This document shows, one piece after another, positions 1 through 10,635 of a stretch of 64,000 nucleotides of DNA. The stretch is from Candidatus Heimdallarchaeota archaeon. Lineage in GTDB: Archaea > Asgardarchaeota > Heimdallarchaeia > JABLTI01. The position numbers and the translations under genes were made by a program. Numbering within the stretch: the first letter of the stretch is position 1; the number at the start of each line of letters is the position of its first letter. The notes beneath the pieces are model-generated. The model was not told the DNA's origin. It ran no database searches and saw only the letters and a program-made list of their open reading frames with translations. Where the stretch lies: positions 1 to 64,000 of the forward strand of contig JABCTZ010000036.1 in the NCBI GenBank assembly GCA_018238155.1, read 5' to 3'.

Positions 1-31
1 AAATAAAGGAAAACGATTTAGTTTCAATCAT
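1..31 (-). CDS. possible 5' end of a gene running off the left window edge (MIETKSFSFI...)
   Basis: ATG at 31-29 on the minus strand, open to the window edge, 42 nt downstream of the F420 reductase stop; too short to identify. Confidence 0.3.
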   Translation of the reverse strand, partial: MIETKSFSFI

Positions 32-73
32 TTTTATTGATTATATTTCAAGTGAATAGAGCTGACCTTGGAA

Positions 74-739
74 TCAGCTTGTAATAATTCGAAATGATCC
101 ATGTTTCAATTTGTTTAATTTATTGAGATTTATGACCAATGCAGTCATCTGTTCCGTTGTTCTTGAAAATGATAATGGTCCTGCATCTAATGGTCTTAGA
201 CCTGATATCTTTGATAAAACCTCTTTGATTTCTTGCTTTGCTTTCTTATTATCTCCCGTTAAGAAGAGATCAACATTTAATGGTTCATCTATTTTATTCA
301 ATTTAGAAGCAGAAATTGTTTTGAATCCTCCAACTACAGCTATTCCTTCTGGAACAAGAGTTTGCAAGTATTCACTTACAGAATTATTAGGTACTTCATC
401 AGAGCAACTCGCAAGACCTGCTTGAAATGTTAATGGAACAATGACATCTACAAGAATAGTTTCTGGCTGAAGGGATGGTTTTATCTTTTCAATAGTATCT
501 ACCATATTTTGATAGGGAACAACCACAAATAGTAGATTGCATCTTTTCACCACGTCTTCATTAGATTCGCCAATAAATTGACCTTCAGGGATTTTTTCAC
601 TTAATTCTTTTGCTGCGAGAACTGCTTTCTCTTTTGTTCTTGAACCAAGAATAACTGAATATCCTGCCATTGCTAATCTTAGTGCAATACCCTTGCTTTG
701 TTTGCCCGTTCCTGGAATCAATCCAATTTTTCTGTTCAT
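74..739 (-). CDS. npdG: NADPH-dependent F420 reductase (F420H2:NADP+ oxidoreductase)
   Basis: Rossmann-type IPGTGKQSKGIALRLA, GSR motif, VDVIVPL, GFKTISA, LDAGPL; 221 aa is typical of Fno/NpdG. Confidence 0.88.
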   Translation of the reverse strand: MNRKIGLIPGTGKQSKGIALRLAMAGYSVILGSRTKEKAVLAAKELSEKIPEGQFIGESNEDVVKRCNLLFVVVPYQNMVDTIEKIKPSLQPETILVDVIVPLTFQAGLASCSDEVPNNSVSEYLQTLVPEGIAVVGGFKTISASKLNKIDEPLNVDLFLTGDNKKAKQEIKEVLSKISGLRPLDAGPLSFSRTTEQMTALVINLNKLNKLKHGSFRIITS

Positions 740-926
740 TTTGATTTCTCCAAAAATTTTTTTGTTTAAAATTATCTATTAGAGCTATTAGAATCCATTT
801 GCAGATTATTCTAATACTAAATAAAAAGATTGCTTTATTCTAAAGTCAATATTTATATATTATTCATCAAAGGGATTAGTAGTAATAAAGAAAGTAAGAA
901 AAAACTTTACTCGAGTTAGAGCGCAA

Positions 927-2180
927 ATGTCAGATTCAGCTTCATCCTTTGAAACCTATAAAATAAAACAAAGCATCGAGAGATTAGAGAGAAAAAAATC
1001 GTTTAATGGTGCAACTTGCTTAGTAACATTGTATATGCCTCATGGAACTTCTTTACCTGATGTTACAAACCAGCTGACTGACGAAAGAGGCACTGCAGCA
1101 AATATCAAGAGTAAACAAACAGGTAAAGCAGTTACTGCTGCTCTTTCAAGCATTTTAAGTCGATTAAAACAGATGAAAACTATGCCTAAAAATGGGCTAG
1201 TTATTTTTTGTGGTCAAACTGAAGCAGGTAAAATTGAATATTGGCCAATTACTCCTGTAGAACCAATTACTCGTAAAATGTATGTTTGTGATTCACGATT
1301 TCATACAGAATATTTACGAGAGCAATTGATTGAAAAAGATCAATATGGATTAATGGTCATTGATCGTAAAAGTGCTGCATACGCTCTGCTCCGTGGGAAT
1401 CACATGACCTTTTTGCGTAGTATGGGTTCCTTTGTTCCTGGAAAACATGGTAAAGGTGGACAGTCACAAAGGAGAATACAAAGAGGAACTGAGGTTCTTG
1501 CTCAAGAGCATTTGAAGAGAGCAGGTGTAATTGCAAGTAAACTATTCCTTGAAGTTCCTGATTTGAGGGGCATAGTTGTAGGTGGTCCTGCGCTTGCCAA
1601 AGATCTTTTCGTTCGAGGAAATAATCTTGATTATCGATTAGTAGACAAAATCATCGGAACAGTAGATGTTGGTTACACCGGTGAACAAGGCATTCGTGAA
1701 ATGATGGAAAAGTCTGTTGAACTGCTAAAAGATGTTCGATACCTTGAAGAAAAGGAATTCGTCCAGACTTTTCTAAGAGAACTTGGCAAAGATACTGGTA
1801 TGGTCGCTTATGGTCAAAAAGAAGTAATAAACGCAATAGACCTTGGTGCTGTAAAGAAGCTATTAATCAGCGAAGAAATGGATGTATTCCGAGTTAAAGT
1901 TGCGTGCCCTCAATGTGGCTTTTCAAGACAGGACAATGTAAAAGCTAGGCAATTGGTTGCATACGAAGAGGATTTGCTCAAAAGCAATTGTCCTGAATGT
2001 AATAGCTCTAGATTAACCATTGATGAAACAGAGGATTTTGTTGCTGAAATAGGTAAAAAAGCATTGGATTCTGGATCTGAAATTGAAATCATTAGTATAG
2101 ATACTGAGGAAGGTATGATTCTCTTCAAATCTTTTGGTGGACTAGTAGCTTTACTTAGGTATCCCGTTCGGGAAATGTAA
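927..2180 (+). CDS. prf1: archaeal peptide chain release factor aRF1
   Basis: NIKS motif (AANIKSK), YxCxxxF (YVCDSRF), GGQS motif, C-terminal FGGLVALLRY, CxxC...CxxC minidomain. Confidence 0.97.
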   Translation: MSDSASSFETYKIKQSIERLERKKSFNGATCLVTLYMPHGTSLPDVTNQLTDERGTAANIKSKQTGKAVTAALSSILSRLKQMKTMPKNGLVIFCGQTEAGKIEYWPITPVEPITRKMYVCDSRFHTEYLREQLIEKDQYGLMVIDRKSAAYALLRGNHMTFLRSMGSFVPGKHGKGGQSQRRIQRGTEVLAQEHLKRAGVIASKLFLEVPDLRGIVVGGPALAKDLFVRGNNLDYRLVDKIIGTVDVGYTGEQGIREMMEKSVELLKDVRYLEEKEFVQTFLRELGKDTGMVAYGQKEVINAIDLGAVKKLLISEEMDVFRVKVACPQCGFSRQDNVKARQLVAYEEDLLKSNCPECNSSRLTIDETEDFVAEIGKKALDSGSEIEIISIDTEEGMILFKSFGGLVALLRYPVREM

Positions 2181-2193
2181 AGAAAATAATCTA

Positions 2194-2210
2194 TGGGGAT
2201 TTTTTCCCCA
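2194..2210. terminator. short hairpin between convergent genes
   Basis: TGGGGA-ttttt-TCCCCA between the aRF1 and SSB stop codons. Confidence 0.4.
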
Positions 2211-2231
2211 AACAAATATTCTTGACTAAAA

Positions 2232-2624
2232 TTAGTATCTTCTCTGTTGTCGTTTTTTAAATTTCGGTTTATAGTCATCGGGTGGAACAGGAAAATCTGG
2301 TGGAATTTTTTCCGTTTCGACAAAATCTTTTGCATCTTCAATTTTCACAAGCTCTCCATATTTCCCTACATTTAACCTTAATTCGTTTCTAATAACTTTT
2401 ATGAATCCATTTTTAACTTCTCCAATCTCTCCTTCATCTAATAATTCTATACTTGTATCCCACAACGTAAGGAAAATTCTTCCTGTATCATCACCTACTT
2501 CTACTTCTGCAAGCTGTAACTCCTTTCCATCTGCTGAAGAAATTTCTCTGGATTCACCTTTTTTTATCACACGAAAACGAATGTCAACATTTCTCATATC
2601 TGCTAGTAATTGATTAATTTTCAT
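2232..2624 (-). CDS. single OB-fold ssDNA-binding protein (SSB/RPA-like)
   Basis: VGDDTGRIFLTLW and LRLNVGKYG match the crenarchaeal SSB/RPA OB fold; Pro/basic C-tail; AGGTGA SD-like site upstream. Confidence 0.85.
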   Translation of the reverse strand: MKINQLLADMRNVDIRFRVIKKGESREISSADGKELQLAEVEVGDDTGRIFLTLWDTSIELLDEGEIGEVKNGFIKVIRNELRLNVGKYGELVKIEDAKDFVETEKIPPDFPVPPDDYKPKFKKRQQRRY

Positions 2625-2913
2625 AGTTTATTTCACCTTTATCAAATATAGCTCAATTGTTTTTAAAAGAAACCTTACTGTTAATAAATGTCCTTTTTAG
2701 TATAAATTCAATTAGAAAAAATAATGTATCATTACATGTTGAGAAAAAACTAACTAGGAAAGAGTACTCTGGATAAATTATCTATAGCTTCATCATCATA
2801 TTTGTCAATTGTTTCTGACAAATCATTTTTCTTTCTTCTTCCTTTTTTCTCATTTCAATACACTTTTATTGTATATCAAACATTTTAAATTATAATTTAC
2901 GTGAGGGTGTAAA

Positions 2914-5658
2914 TTGAATTCAATTAAAAAACGATTTTTACTAACAATGTGGGTTGTAGGATTATTCTCACTCACAGGCTTTATCGTTCCATCTATATAT
3001 GGAATTAATAACAATGACTCATTCTACTCTACAAAAGGTTCTGATTCATTTGTTGAAGATTTTTCGACCACATCCAATATGGATGGTTCATCTACCTCTT
3101 TTGGTTGGGGAACAGGAACAGTTACTAATGCTCGTGATTTTTCATGGAATCTTCTAGATCATTACTATACTGAGTCTCCTGTAGTTGATGTTGAAGTTCA
3201 AGGGAGAAAAGCATATCTTGGTTTGTATAATGAATCTCAAACTGATGCTATTACTATTCTTAATATCAATAATCTTCTTGATATCAAGCTTCAAGGAATA
3301 GAAAATCATAGTGATTTCAGTCAAACAAAAGCAATCGCTGTTGAGGGTGATTACCTTCTGTCCGGACAAAAACATACTACAATTCAAGATGCACTAGTAT
3401 GTAATGATGTTGAAGACCCCTTCAATCCTGCATGGACGTGGGGTAGTGGTCTTGATAATTTTATCACAGATATCGAAATCTACGGTCACATTGCTTTCTT
3501 TACTTCTTATAATGTTAATAACAATCGGTCATTACGTTACATAGATGTAGAAGACCCATTTAATTATGTTCCATATGTTAGTTGTGATTGGGATTGTAAT
3601 CAATCACTAGGGTTGACTGTTAACGGAGGATTAGCATATATCGCAGCAAGCACCGAAGGATTTTACGTGCTCAATATTACAAATAAAGCCTACCCAACTG
3701 AAATTGGTTATGTTAATACTCCAGGTAATGCTACAGATGTCATTGTTGATGGTGGTTTTGCTTATTTGGCTGATGGTCCAGCTGGAGTACATGTGATAGA
3801 TATCAGAGATCCATCAAATCCAACAATACTTAGCACTTTTGATACTCCAGGTCTTGCACAAAAATTGGTTAAGCAAGGGAGAACACTCTTCATTGCTGAT
3901 GGCACTGGAAAAGTACAAATCTGTGATGTTTTTGATCCTCATCACATTTCAATTGTAACAGATATTCCTGCAATACCCTACACCTATGATGTTGCTCTTT
4001 TTGGTGGTGATTTGATTGCTGGCACACAAAACGGTATTTATTCCATTAGAATTGGATATATGGCTAATTTTAGCAATTCATGGTACCCAAATCCATTCGA
4101 GGCACCTGAAATCTGGGATGTTAGAGTAGATAATGGTATTGCTTATATCGCTGCTGGTGAAGATGGTGTTTTAGCTGTTGATGTTAGAAATCCTCTACAA
4201 CCCTCATTAATAGGGAATTATGTAACCGGACCTGGACATGAGATTAGAAAAATTGATGTTAATGGAAGATTTCTTTATGGAATTGGTCCAAGTGATTATA
4301 TGACATTTGACATTTCTGATCCAACTGATATTAAAATAGTGAGTGCTCAATCTGGGGGCGGATTAACAGACGTGTTTATTCATGGAGAATTATATTACAT
4401 GTCATTCGTTTCAGGGTTTGCTATATTGAATGTCTCCGATAATTATAATCCTGTTGTTATAACGAGCCATATTCCAGTAGCAACACATGTAAACAATACT
4501 GCCATTTGGACACAAGGAACACATGTGTATATGGTCGAAGGTAATGATGGATCATTATCTGATGAATTTAGTTGTTATGGTGTCACAAATTTCATAAATC
4601 CGACTTTGAGTTATTCTGGTAGTCGAACGACACCAATGTATGATATTCATGTTGATGGAGATTTAGCTTATCTTGGAGCTGGTGGTTGGCTTGCAATTTA
4701 CAATGTTTCTGATCCAACAGCATTTACTTATCCAGATTATGAAATAACTACCTCATGGGGTGTCTGGAGTTTTGGTAGATATGTTGTTAGTGCTGAAATG
4801 GCAAAAGGTGCTCGTCTTTATGACACAACCAATGTTAATGACTTTGAATTACATAGTTATTATTCTGCTCCAACTGAATCTCTTCAAGTGACTATGTCAG
4901 GCGACTATACATACGTAGCCAATCAAACATCACTAGTTACTCTTCGACACTTCTGCAGTTTAGCTGATACTTATAATCCTGGAACTTCATTTGCCCAATC
5001 AATGAAAATTAGCCCAGATCCCAAACGATTGATAACAGAAGCAACTTTGCACAAAGATGACAAAGTACCATTTGGAACTGCTGTAGAGTATTTTATGTCT
5101 GCAGATGGTGGCGCTAATTGGGAGTTTGTTACTCCTGGCGCTCCACATGTTTTTGCTAATCCTGGATATGACCTTCGATGGAGGGCTGAAATTATAGGTC
5201 CCAGAGATCGCAGCGTTCATCTTTATGAAATCGCTATTAATTATGAATTTAATCTTTCACCAACAACTCCTACATTAACAGATCCAGGAGATACTAACGC
5301 CTTAGGTTTAGTTTCTCTTAAATGGACTGCAAGCTCAGATGCCGATGGTACCATTGCTTTCTATGAAGTAGAAGTTAGTACTGATGCTAGCTATGTTATT
5401 GTTGTCAAAGAATATAATGTCACTTCTTTGAAACAAAGTGTTTATCCTTTATCGTCTGGAACTTACTATTTCCGTGTACGGGCTATGGATGATGGTGGAG
5501 CAATGAGTGATTGGAGTACAGCAGATATCGAGGTTACTTTTAGTCTTCTCGGACCAATGTGGATTGGAATTATTGTCGGAAGCTTAGTACTAATAATCGT
5601 TCTTATTGTTGTCATCTCAGTTCTAGTTCGGCGGAAAAAGAAAGGTGTATTTAGATGA
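2914..5658 (+). CDS. secreted, membrane-anchored LVIVD-repeat (beta-propeller) protein with an FnIII-like domain
   Basis: N-terminal signal, repeated units such as AYLADGPAGVHVIDIRDPSNP, FnIII-like TYYFRVRAMD, C-terminal TM followed by RRKKK. Confidence 0.85.
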   Translation: MNSIKKRFLLTMWVVGLFSLTGFIVPSIYGINNNDSFYSTKGSDSFVEDFSTTSNMDGSSTSFGWGTGTVTNARDFSWNLLDHYYTESPVVDVEVQGRKAYLGLYNESQTDAITILNINNLLDIKLQGIENHSDFSQTKAIAVEGDYLLSGQKHTTIQDALVCNDVEDPFNPAWTWGSGLDNFITDIEIYGHIAFFTSYNVNNNRSLRYIDVEDPFNYVPYVSCDWDCNQSLGLTVNGGLAYIAASTEGFYVLNITNKAYPTEIGYVNTPGNATDVIVDGGFAYLADGPAGVHVIDIRDPSNPTILSTFDTPGLAQKLVKQGRTLFIADGTGKVQICDVFDPHHISIVTDIPAIPYTYDVALFGGDLIAGTQNGIYSIRIGYMANFSNSWYPNPFEAPEIWDVRVDNGIAYIAAGEDGVLAVDVRNPLQPSLIGNYVTGPGHEIRKIDVNGRFLYGIGPSDYMTFDISDPTDIKIVSAQSGGGLTDVFIHGELYYMSFVSGFAILNVSDNYNPVVITSHIPVATHVNNTAIWTQGTHVYMVEGNDGSLSDEFSCYGVTNFINPTLSYSGSRTTPMYDIHVDGDLAYLGAGGWLAIYNVSDPTAFTYPDYEITTSWGVWSFGRYVVSAEMAKGARLYDTTNVNDFELHSYYSAPTESLQVTMSGDYTYVANQTSLVTLRHFCSLADTYNPGTSFAQSMKISPDPKRLITEATLHKDDKVPFGTAVEYFMSADGGANWEFVTPGAPHVFANPGYDLRWRAEIIGPRDRSVHLYEIAINYEFNLSPTTPTLTDPGDTNALGLVSLKWTASSDADGTIAFYEVEVSTDASYVIVVKEYNVTSLKQSVYPLSSGTYYFRVRAMDDGGAMSDWSTADIEVTFSLLGPMWIGIIVGSLVLIIVLIVVISVLVRRKKKGVFR

Positions 5659-5674
5659 TAAATACAAACGGTTA

Positions 5675-5708
5675 GAGGCGTTTGATTAACGTCTCACAAT
5701 CTTTTTTT
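5675..5708 (+). terminator. stem-loop plus T-tract after the LVIVD gene
   Basis: GAGGCGTT(5675-82)/AACGTCTC(5688-95) 8-bp stem with one G-U pair, then a T7 tract. Confidence 0.55.
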
Positions 5709-5846
5709 CTATTTTCTCTATTCTTTTACTATTTAATCAACAAATATATTGTCATTTTACTCAAGGGCGAAAAATGAACTTGAATAGAAAAACGGGTGAT
5801 TTTTTAGGTCGAGGAAAAAACCTGTTTATTGAAAGAGCATTTTGAA

Positions 5847-8057
5847 TTAATTGTTAGTAGACTTCCCATCCTGTTTGTCAGTCTTTTCTGGAGTGCCACT
5901 TTTATTTCTTCTTCCTCTTTTTTTTGCTCTAATTGTTTTCTTATTTGTTTTAACATGTTCTTGATATTGTATTTCTAAAGAATTTTTCATAACTCTATCT
6001 TCACACTCTTCTCTAAGAAATACAAGTAAGTCTTTTTCTGTAAATCGATGCTTATCTTTTCTGCTAATAACTTTGACTTTTTCAGCTAATTCGGGATAAT
6101 TTTTAATTGCTTTTTCAACCATTTGTAATTCTGCTTCTACTAACTTTTTATCAGCAAACTTTCTTTCTTCAAGATCCTTCAGTCTTTGCATTTCCAAGCA
6201 TTTCATAACATCCGAATTAGAAACAATTCCTACTAGATTTCTTGTGCTAGGATTATCAAGAATTGCTATTCGACCAATGTCTGATCGGTAGAGCAAACTC
6301 ATTGCTTGATCAACAGTTTCATCTGGATAAAGTACATACGGCTTTGCATTTCCTGCTTCCATCACCGTAGTTTCCAATTGCTTGTTATTTAATGCTAATT
6401 TTAAATGTGTGGTAGTAACGATACCTAGGAATTCTCCCTTTAAATTAATGATTGGATAACCTAAATGGTCCATAGTATTTACTAGAGAATCAAACTCACT
6501 CATTTTCATGTGCTCAGGTACACAAATTACATTGGTAGTCATTATGTCCTTCACTTTATACGTTTCTAGTAAATCCGTTGGTCCAGCCATTGAAATATTG
6601 ATACCTCTGATCAAGAGTTTCTGAGTATAGATATTCTCTTTCATTGTAGTTTTGCTCATAAAATAACTAATAGTGCATGTTAACATTAGTGGAATAAATG
6701 TGTGATATGAATGGGTCATTTCTGATGCCATGAAAATCATTGTTAGGACAGCACGAGATGAGCCTGAAAACACCGCTGCAAAACCTACCAAAGTGAATAG
6801 AGCAAAATCTTGCTTAGTGAAGTTCAGTGCGGGAATAACTGAGTTCAATACAAAAGCAAATCCATAACCTGTTGTGGCACCAATAACTAAAGCAGGTGCA
6901 AAAACACCTCCTGAATTCCCTGACCCAACAGAAAATCCTGTAGCAAGTATTTTCAGTAATAATAAAAGAATTAATACCACAATCACTCCACCACCAAGCA
7001 TCGTCCAAGAATTTTCAATTGGTTCATTCGCAAATAAAGATGTGATTGTTTCATAACCAACGCCAAAAATCCTTGGTATACCTTCCACATTGTCAATACT
7101 AAATAAAGGCTCATTTCCTCCTATTGGTGAGAAGTGTAAATCTTGCGATAGTACTCTTGGTGAAAGAAGACCTATTAAACCTGTGAGAAACCCACCTGCA
7201 ATAGGCCAAACTACCACTGGTACTCTTTTGACTTTATGAACCGCATTTTCAATTAAACCCAATGATTTGGTATAGAGAATTGCAACTAAACCTGCAACAA
7301 CGCCTAATAACAAGAACCAGTGAAGATAAGGTACATAATCATTAAATGATATTTGGGTTAATTCTGTGGGAATTTCAAAAATGGGCTCTGAACCTGTATC
7401 TAGAATAAATCTTCCAAATATATTCGCAATTAATGAAGAAAGAATTATTGGAATAAGCTGATCTGCACTTAATGAAATAATGAGTATTTCTAGTCCAAAA
7501 AGTGCTGCACCAATAGGGGCGTTGAATGTTGCAGAAATACCTGCAACAAGTCCACAAACAACAACCGTTTTAATACTTCTGCCTCTAAGACCCAATTTTC
7601 TACCTAAGAAGGAACTAAATCCTCCACCAATTTGAGCGATAGGTCCTTCTCTTCCTAAACTCAGACCTCCTCCAATGCAAATGCCTGAAAGAGCCATTTT
7701 TAGATATGGTGTTGTGGTTTTGATATATCCGTCTTCAAAAATGATACTTTCCATTACTTCTGGAATTCCATGACCTTTTGCTTCCGGAGCCCATTTATTA
7801 AGAATGGGAGCTGTTATTGCTGCAGCCAAAGTTGGAAGAAGCACAATCATCAATAATTGAGCAATACCGGCATTGTTGTAAATTAAACCATAAAATAAAA
7901 TCCTTGTAAGAGCAATATAATTACTAAAAACCCATGCAGCTCCTGCACCAACTAAACCCGAAAGAATCGCAATCAAGTAAATAAGAAATGATCGACGTTT
8001 AAATAATACTTGCAAGAATTGCTTTGGATGTTTTATAGAGAACCAAACAGATCTCAA
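5847..8057 (-). CDS. CLC-family chloride channel/transporter with tandem CBS domains (paralog 1; true start may lie upstream, see findings)
   Basis: GHGIPE, GREGP, GGVFAP, IY motif, CBS pair, charged C-tail. Confidence 0.92.
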   Translation of the reverse strand: MRSVWFSIKHPKQFLQVLFKRRSFLIYLIAILSGLVGAGAAWVFSNYIALTRILFYGLIYNNAGIAQLLMIVLLPTLAAAITAPILNKWAPEAKGHGIPEVMESIIFEDGYIKTTTPYLKMALSGICIGGGLSLGREGPIAQIGGGFSSFLGRKLGLRGRSIKTVVVCGLVAGISATFNAPIGAALFGLEILIISLSADQLIPIILSSLIANIFGRFILDTGSEPIFEIPTELTQISFNDYVPYLHWFLLLGVVAGLVAILYTKSLGLIENAVHKVKRVPVVVWPIAGGFLTGLIGLLSPRVLSQDLHFSPIGGNEPLFSIDNVEGIPRIFGVGYETITSLFANEPIENSWTMLGGGVIVVLILLLLLKILATGFSVGSGNSGGVFAPALVIGATTGYGFAFVLNSVIPALNFTKQDFALFTLVGFAAVFSGSSRAVLTMIFMASEMTHSYHTFIPLMLTCTISYFMSKTTMKENIYTQKLLIRGINISMAGPTDLLETYKVKDIMTTNVICVPEHMKMSEFDSLVNTMDHLGYPIINLKGEFLGIVTTTHLKLALNNKQLETTVMEAGNAKPYVLYPDETVDQAMSLLYRSDIGRIAILDNPSTRNLVGIVSNSDVMKCLEMQRLKDLEERKFADKKLVEAELQMVEKAIKNYPELAEKVKVISRKDKHRFTEKDLLVFLREECEDRVMKNSLEIQYQEHVKTNKKTIRAKKRGRRNKSGTPEKTDKQDGKSTNN

Positions 8058-8427
8058 ACTGTTAATGAACCCTCTTTGAAGAAAAAGCTGTAATTTTCCA
8101 CTCCTAATCTCACCTTCAACTAATTTTTTTCACCAATATTCTCAATAGCATGATTTTCTTTATTTGAACTATCTTTGCTTTCTTTTGATTTTGTGTTTCG
8201 ATTCTCAGTATCCAATAGCTTTTCCTTCTTGTAAATATAGAAATAATTTATTGCCTAACTTAGCAACCTCTAATTGCCTTCACAATTATTTCATCTTTTA
8301 AATCTACCTTTTATTATTCAAATAGTTGGTAAATATTTTAATACATTCTTAACAATAAAAATAACTCTATTTCTAACTAATTATTTTAATTAAGAATTGT
8401 TTGACCAATATCCTAAATTGATTATAA

Positions 8428-10473
8428 TTAATCTTCCTTTTTGATTTGTTTAAATTTCTCTCTTTCGAAGCTACGAAGAATATCAGTTTTGGATAATATA
8501 CCAACTAATATTCCATTTTCGAGTGAGTCTAGCACTGGTGCACGTTTGATGCCTTTTCTATTTAAAATATTGATTGCCTCATCAACAGTTTGATCTTGAT
8601 ATAAAGCTATAACATTGCGTGAAGAAAAATCTTGAGCTAATTTTTCTAGCTCGTCTTTCATTTTAGCTCTCCGTATATCTGAAAGCGAAATAATTCCTAT
8701 GAGTTTCTTCTTTTCATTAATTACAGGATAACCAAAAGGACCATCAGATTCCACTAACTCACAAACTTCTCTCATGGTGGTTTTTTCTCCAATAGTAATT
8801 ACATCTGTTGTCATAATATCTTTAACAGTTGTAGTGGATAAAATTGTTACATTTCCACCTAATGTGATTTTAAGTCCTTTATCAACAAGAGCTTGTGTGT
8901 AAATTGATTCTTTAAGTAACCCTCGACAAATTAGATAGCTGACACTACACGTTAACATCAAGGGTATTACCATCATAATATTTCCTGTCATTTCTGACCC
9001 CATGAATATCATTGTTAAGGGTGCTCTAGTTGCCCCTGCAAATACAGCAGCTAAACCCGCTAATGCAAAAACTGAAACATTAACATTTGTCCCAAAAGCC
9101 GAATTGATACCATTTGCAAAGAGGCTTCCTGTACAAGCTCCAATAAATAGTGCAGGAGCAAATATTCCTCCTGGATTGCCTGAACCAACTGAGAATGAAG
9201 TGATAATTATTTTTAAAAGTAAAAGCACGAAAAGAAAAAGTAACACTGAGTTAAACGGGTTCTGTGTACTAAGATCACTTGAATTGCTGAGAATATTTGT
9301 TATTGTTGCATATCCTGCTCCAAAAATAAGTGGTATCCCATTTGCGTCTTTTGGACTTCCAAGAGCTACTAACCCTGTAAGTAATGCTCCGAGAACAGGT
9401 AGAAATACTCCTCGTATAGGCAATCTTTTAAAAATTGCTGAAGTAAAATGGAAAAATTTGGTGTATAGTACTCCTACAATTCCTGCAATAACACCAAATA
9501 GAATAAACCAATGTAAGTCGTAAATATATGACGTCCAATCTAGACTTTTTAATGCTTCAACATTGAAGGATGGTTCTGGCATTCCGGAGCTATTTGGTGA
9601 TAATTTCAAGATATCTATTAATGAACTAAGAGTTGATGCAGTTAATGATGCAATTATTATTGGGACAATTTCATCAGCAACTAATGATACCAGAAGGATT
9701 TCGATACCAAAAAGCGCTCCACCAATTGGTGAGTTAAAAGTAGCTGAAATTCCTGCAGAAAGACCAGCAATAACAATGATACGCATATTTCTTCCATGGA
9801 GTCCAACAAAACGTGCAACACTAGCACTTAAACCCGCTCCAATTTGAGTTATAGGTCCTTCTCTTCCAACACTTAATCCTGCACCAGAACTAATTGCAGA
9901 TGTAATCATCTTAATGAAAGGAGTTCTTCTTCTCATAGCTCCATCATTAAAAGCAATAGATTCCATAACTTGAGGAATGCCAGAACCTTTAGATTCGGGG
10001 CTATAATTCCAAATAATTGGTGCTGTTAAAAGAGAAGCAATAATTGGCGTTAAAATTATTGCTAGAAATTTCCATCCATTGAAATTTGAATTCATTAATC
10101 CAAATATTTGTCCCATAAAGACATAATCTGCTCCAACGCTTAACCAATCAAATCCCCAAGCTGCCAGAGCACCAATAATACCTACAATAATCGCTAAAAC
10201 ATTGATAATAAATTGTTTATTTTTTATTAATTCCAAGAGCGCTTTTTTTGGATGTTTAATATCATCAACAAATTCGCGCCAAGTATTTCTAGTTGATGTT
10301 TTAGTTTTGTTCCATTTACTTACTAAGAAATCATCCAATTCATCTGTATCTAATTCATCTTCAAATTCTTTTGACTCTTCACTTGAAGGAATATCCTTAA
10401 TTTCTTTTTGATCCATATTTTCTTTTTTTCTATTTTGTTTCGATGGGACCATTGGTTGAATATTCTCCTTCAA
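8428..10473 (-). CDS. CLC-family chloride channel/transporter with CBS domains (paralog 2)
   Basis: GSGIPQ, GREGP, GGIFAP, SIYT, CBS pair; start could be the ATG near 10416. Confidence 0.92.
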   Translation of the reverse strand: MKENIQPMVPSKQNRKKENMDQKEIKDIPSSEESKEFEDELDTDELDDFLVSKWNKTKTSTRNTWREFVDDIKHPKKALLELIKNKQFIINVLAIIVGIIGALAAWGFDWLSVGADYVFMGQIFGLMNSNFNGWKFLAIILTPIIASLLTAPIIWNYSPESKGSGIPQVMESIAFNDGAMRRRTPFIKMITSAISSGAGLSVGREGPITQIGAGLSASVARFVGLHGRNMRIIVIAGLSAGISATFNSPIGGALFGIEILLVSLVADEIVPIIIASLTASTLSSLIDILKLSPNSSGMPEPSFNVEALKSLDWTSYIYDLHWFILFGVIAGIVGVLYTKFFHFTSAIFKRLPIRGVFLPVLGALLTGLVALGSPKDANGIPLIFGAGYATITNILSNSSDLSTQNPFNSVLLFLFVLLLLKIIITSFSVGSGNPGGIFAPALFIGACTGSLFANGINSAFGTNVNVSVFALAGLAAVFAGATRAPLTMIFMGSEMTGNIMMVIPLMLTCSVSYLICRGLLKESIYTQALVDKGLKITLGGNVTILSTTTVKDIMTTDVITIGEKTTMREVCELVESDGPFGYPVINEKKKLIGIISLSDIRRAKMKDELEKLAQDFSSRNVIALYQDQTVDEAINILNRKGIKRAPVLDSLENGILVGILSKTDILRSFEREKFKQIKKED

Positions 10474-10635
10474 ATATATCTGCAGTTGTATATATTCTAC
10501 TCTTCTTTTTCAGTTAATTCTTTTATCATCTATTTTAGCTAACTATCTTCTAAAGAGTTTGTTGTTTACGTTCTTTTTTCTATTTTTGATTAAATAGAAA
10601 GCTTGAAAATAGGTAAAACTATTTTTCCAATGTAA

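Noticed and set aside
2740-2855. short minus-strand ORFs between SSB and the LVIVD gene
   Set aside because: Under 30 aa, low complexity, no support
8060-8430. fluoride riboswitch or CLC-F assignment for the CLC genes
   Set aside because: No crcB-type motif seen upstream; the proteins have GxGIP/GREGP, not the GNNLI/GREGT CLC-F signatures
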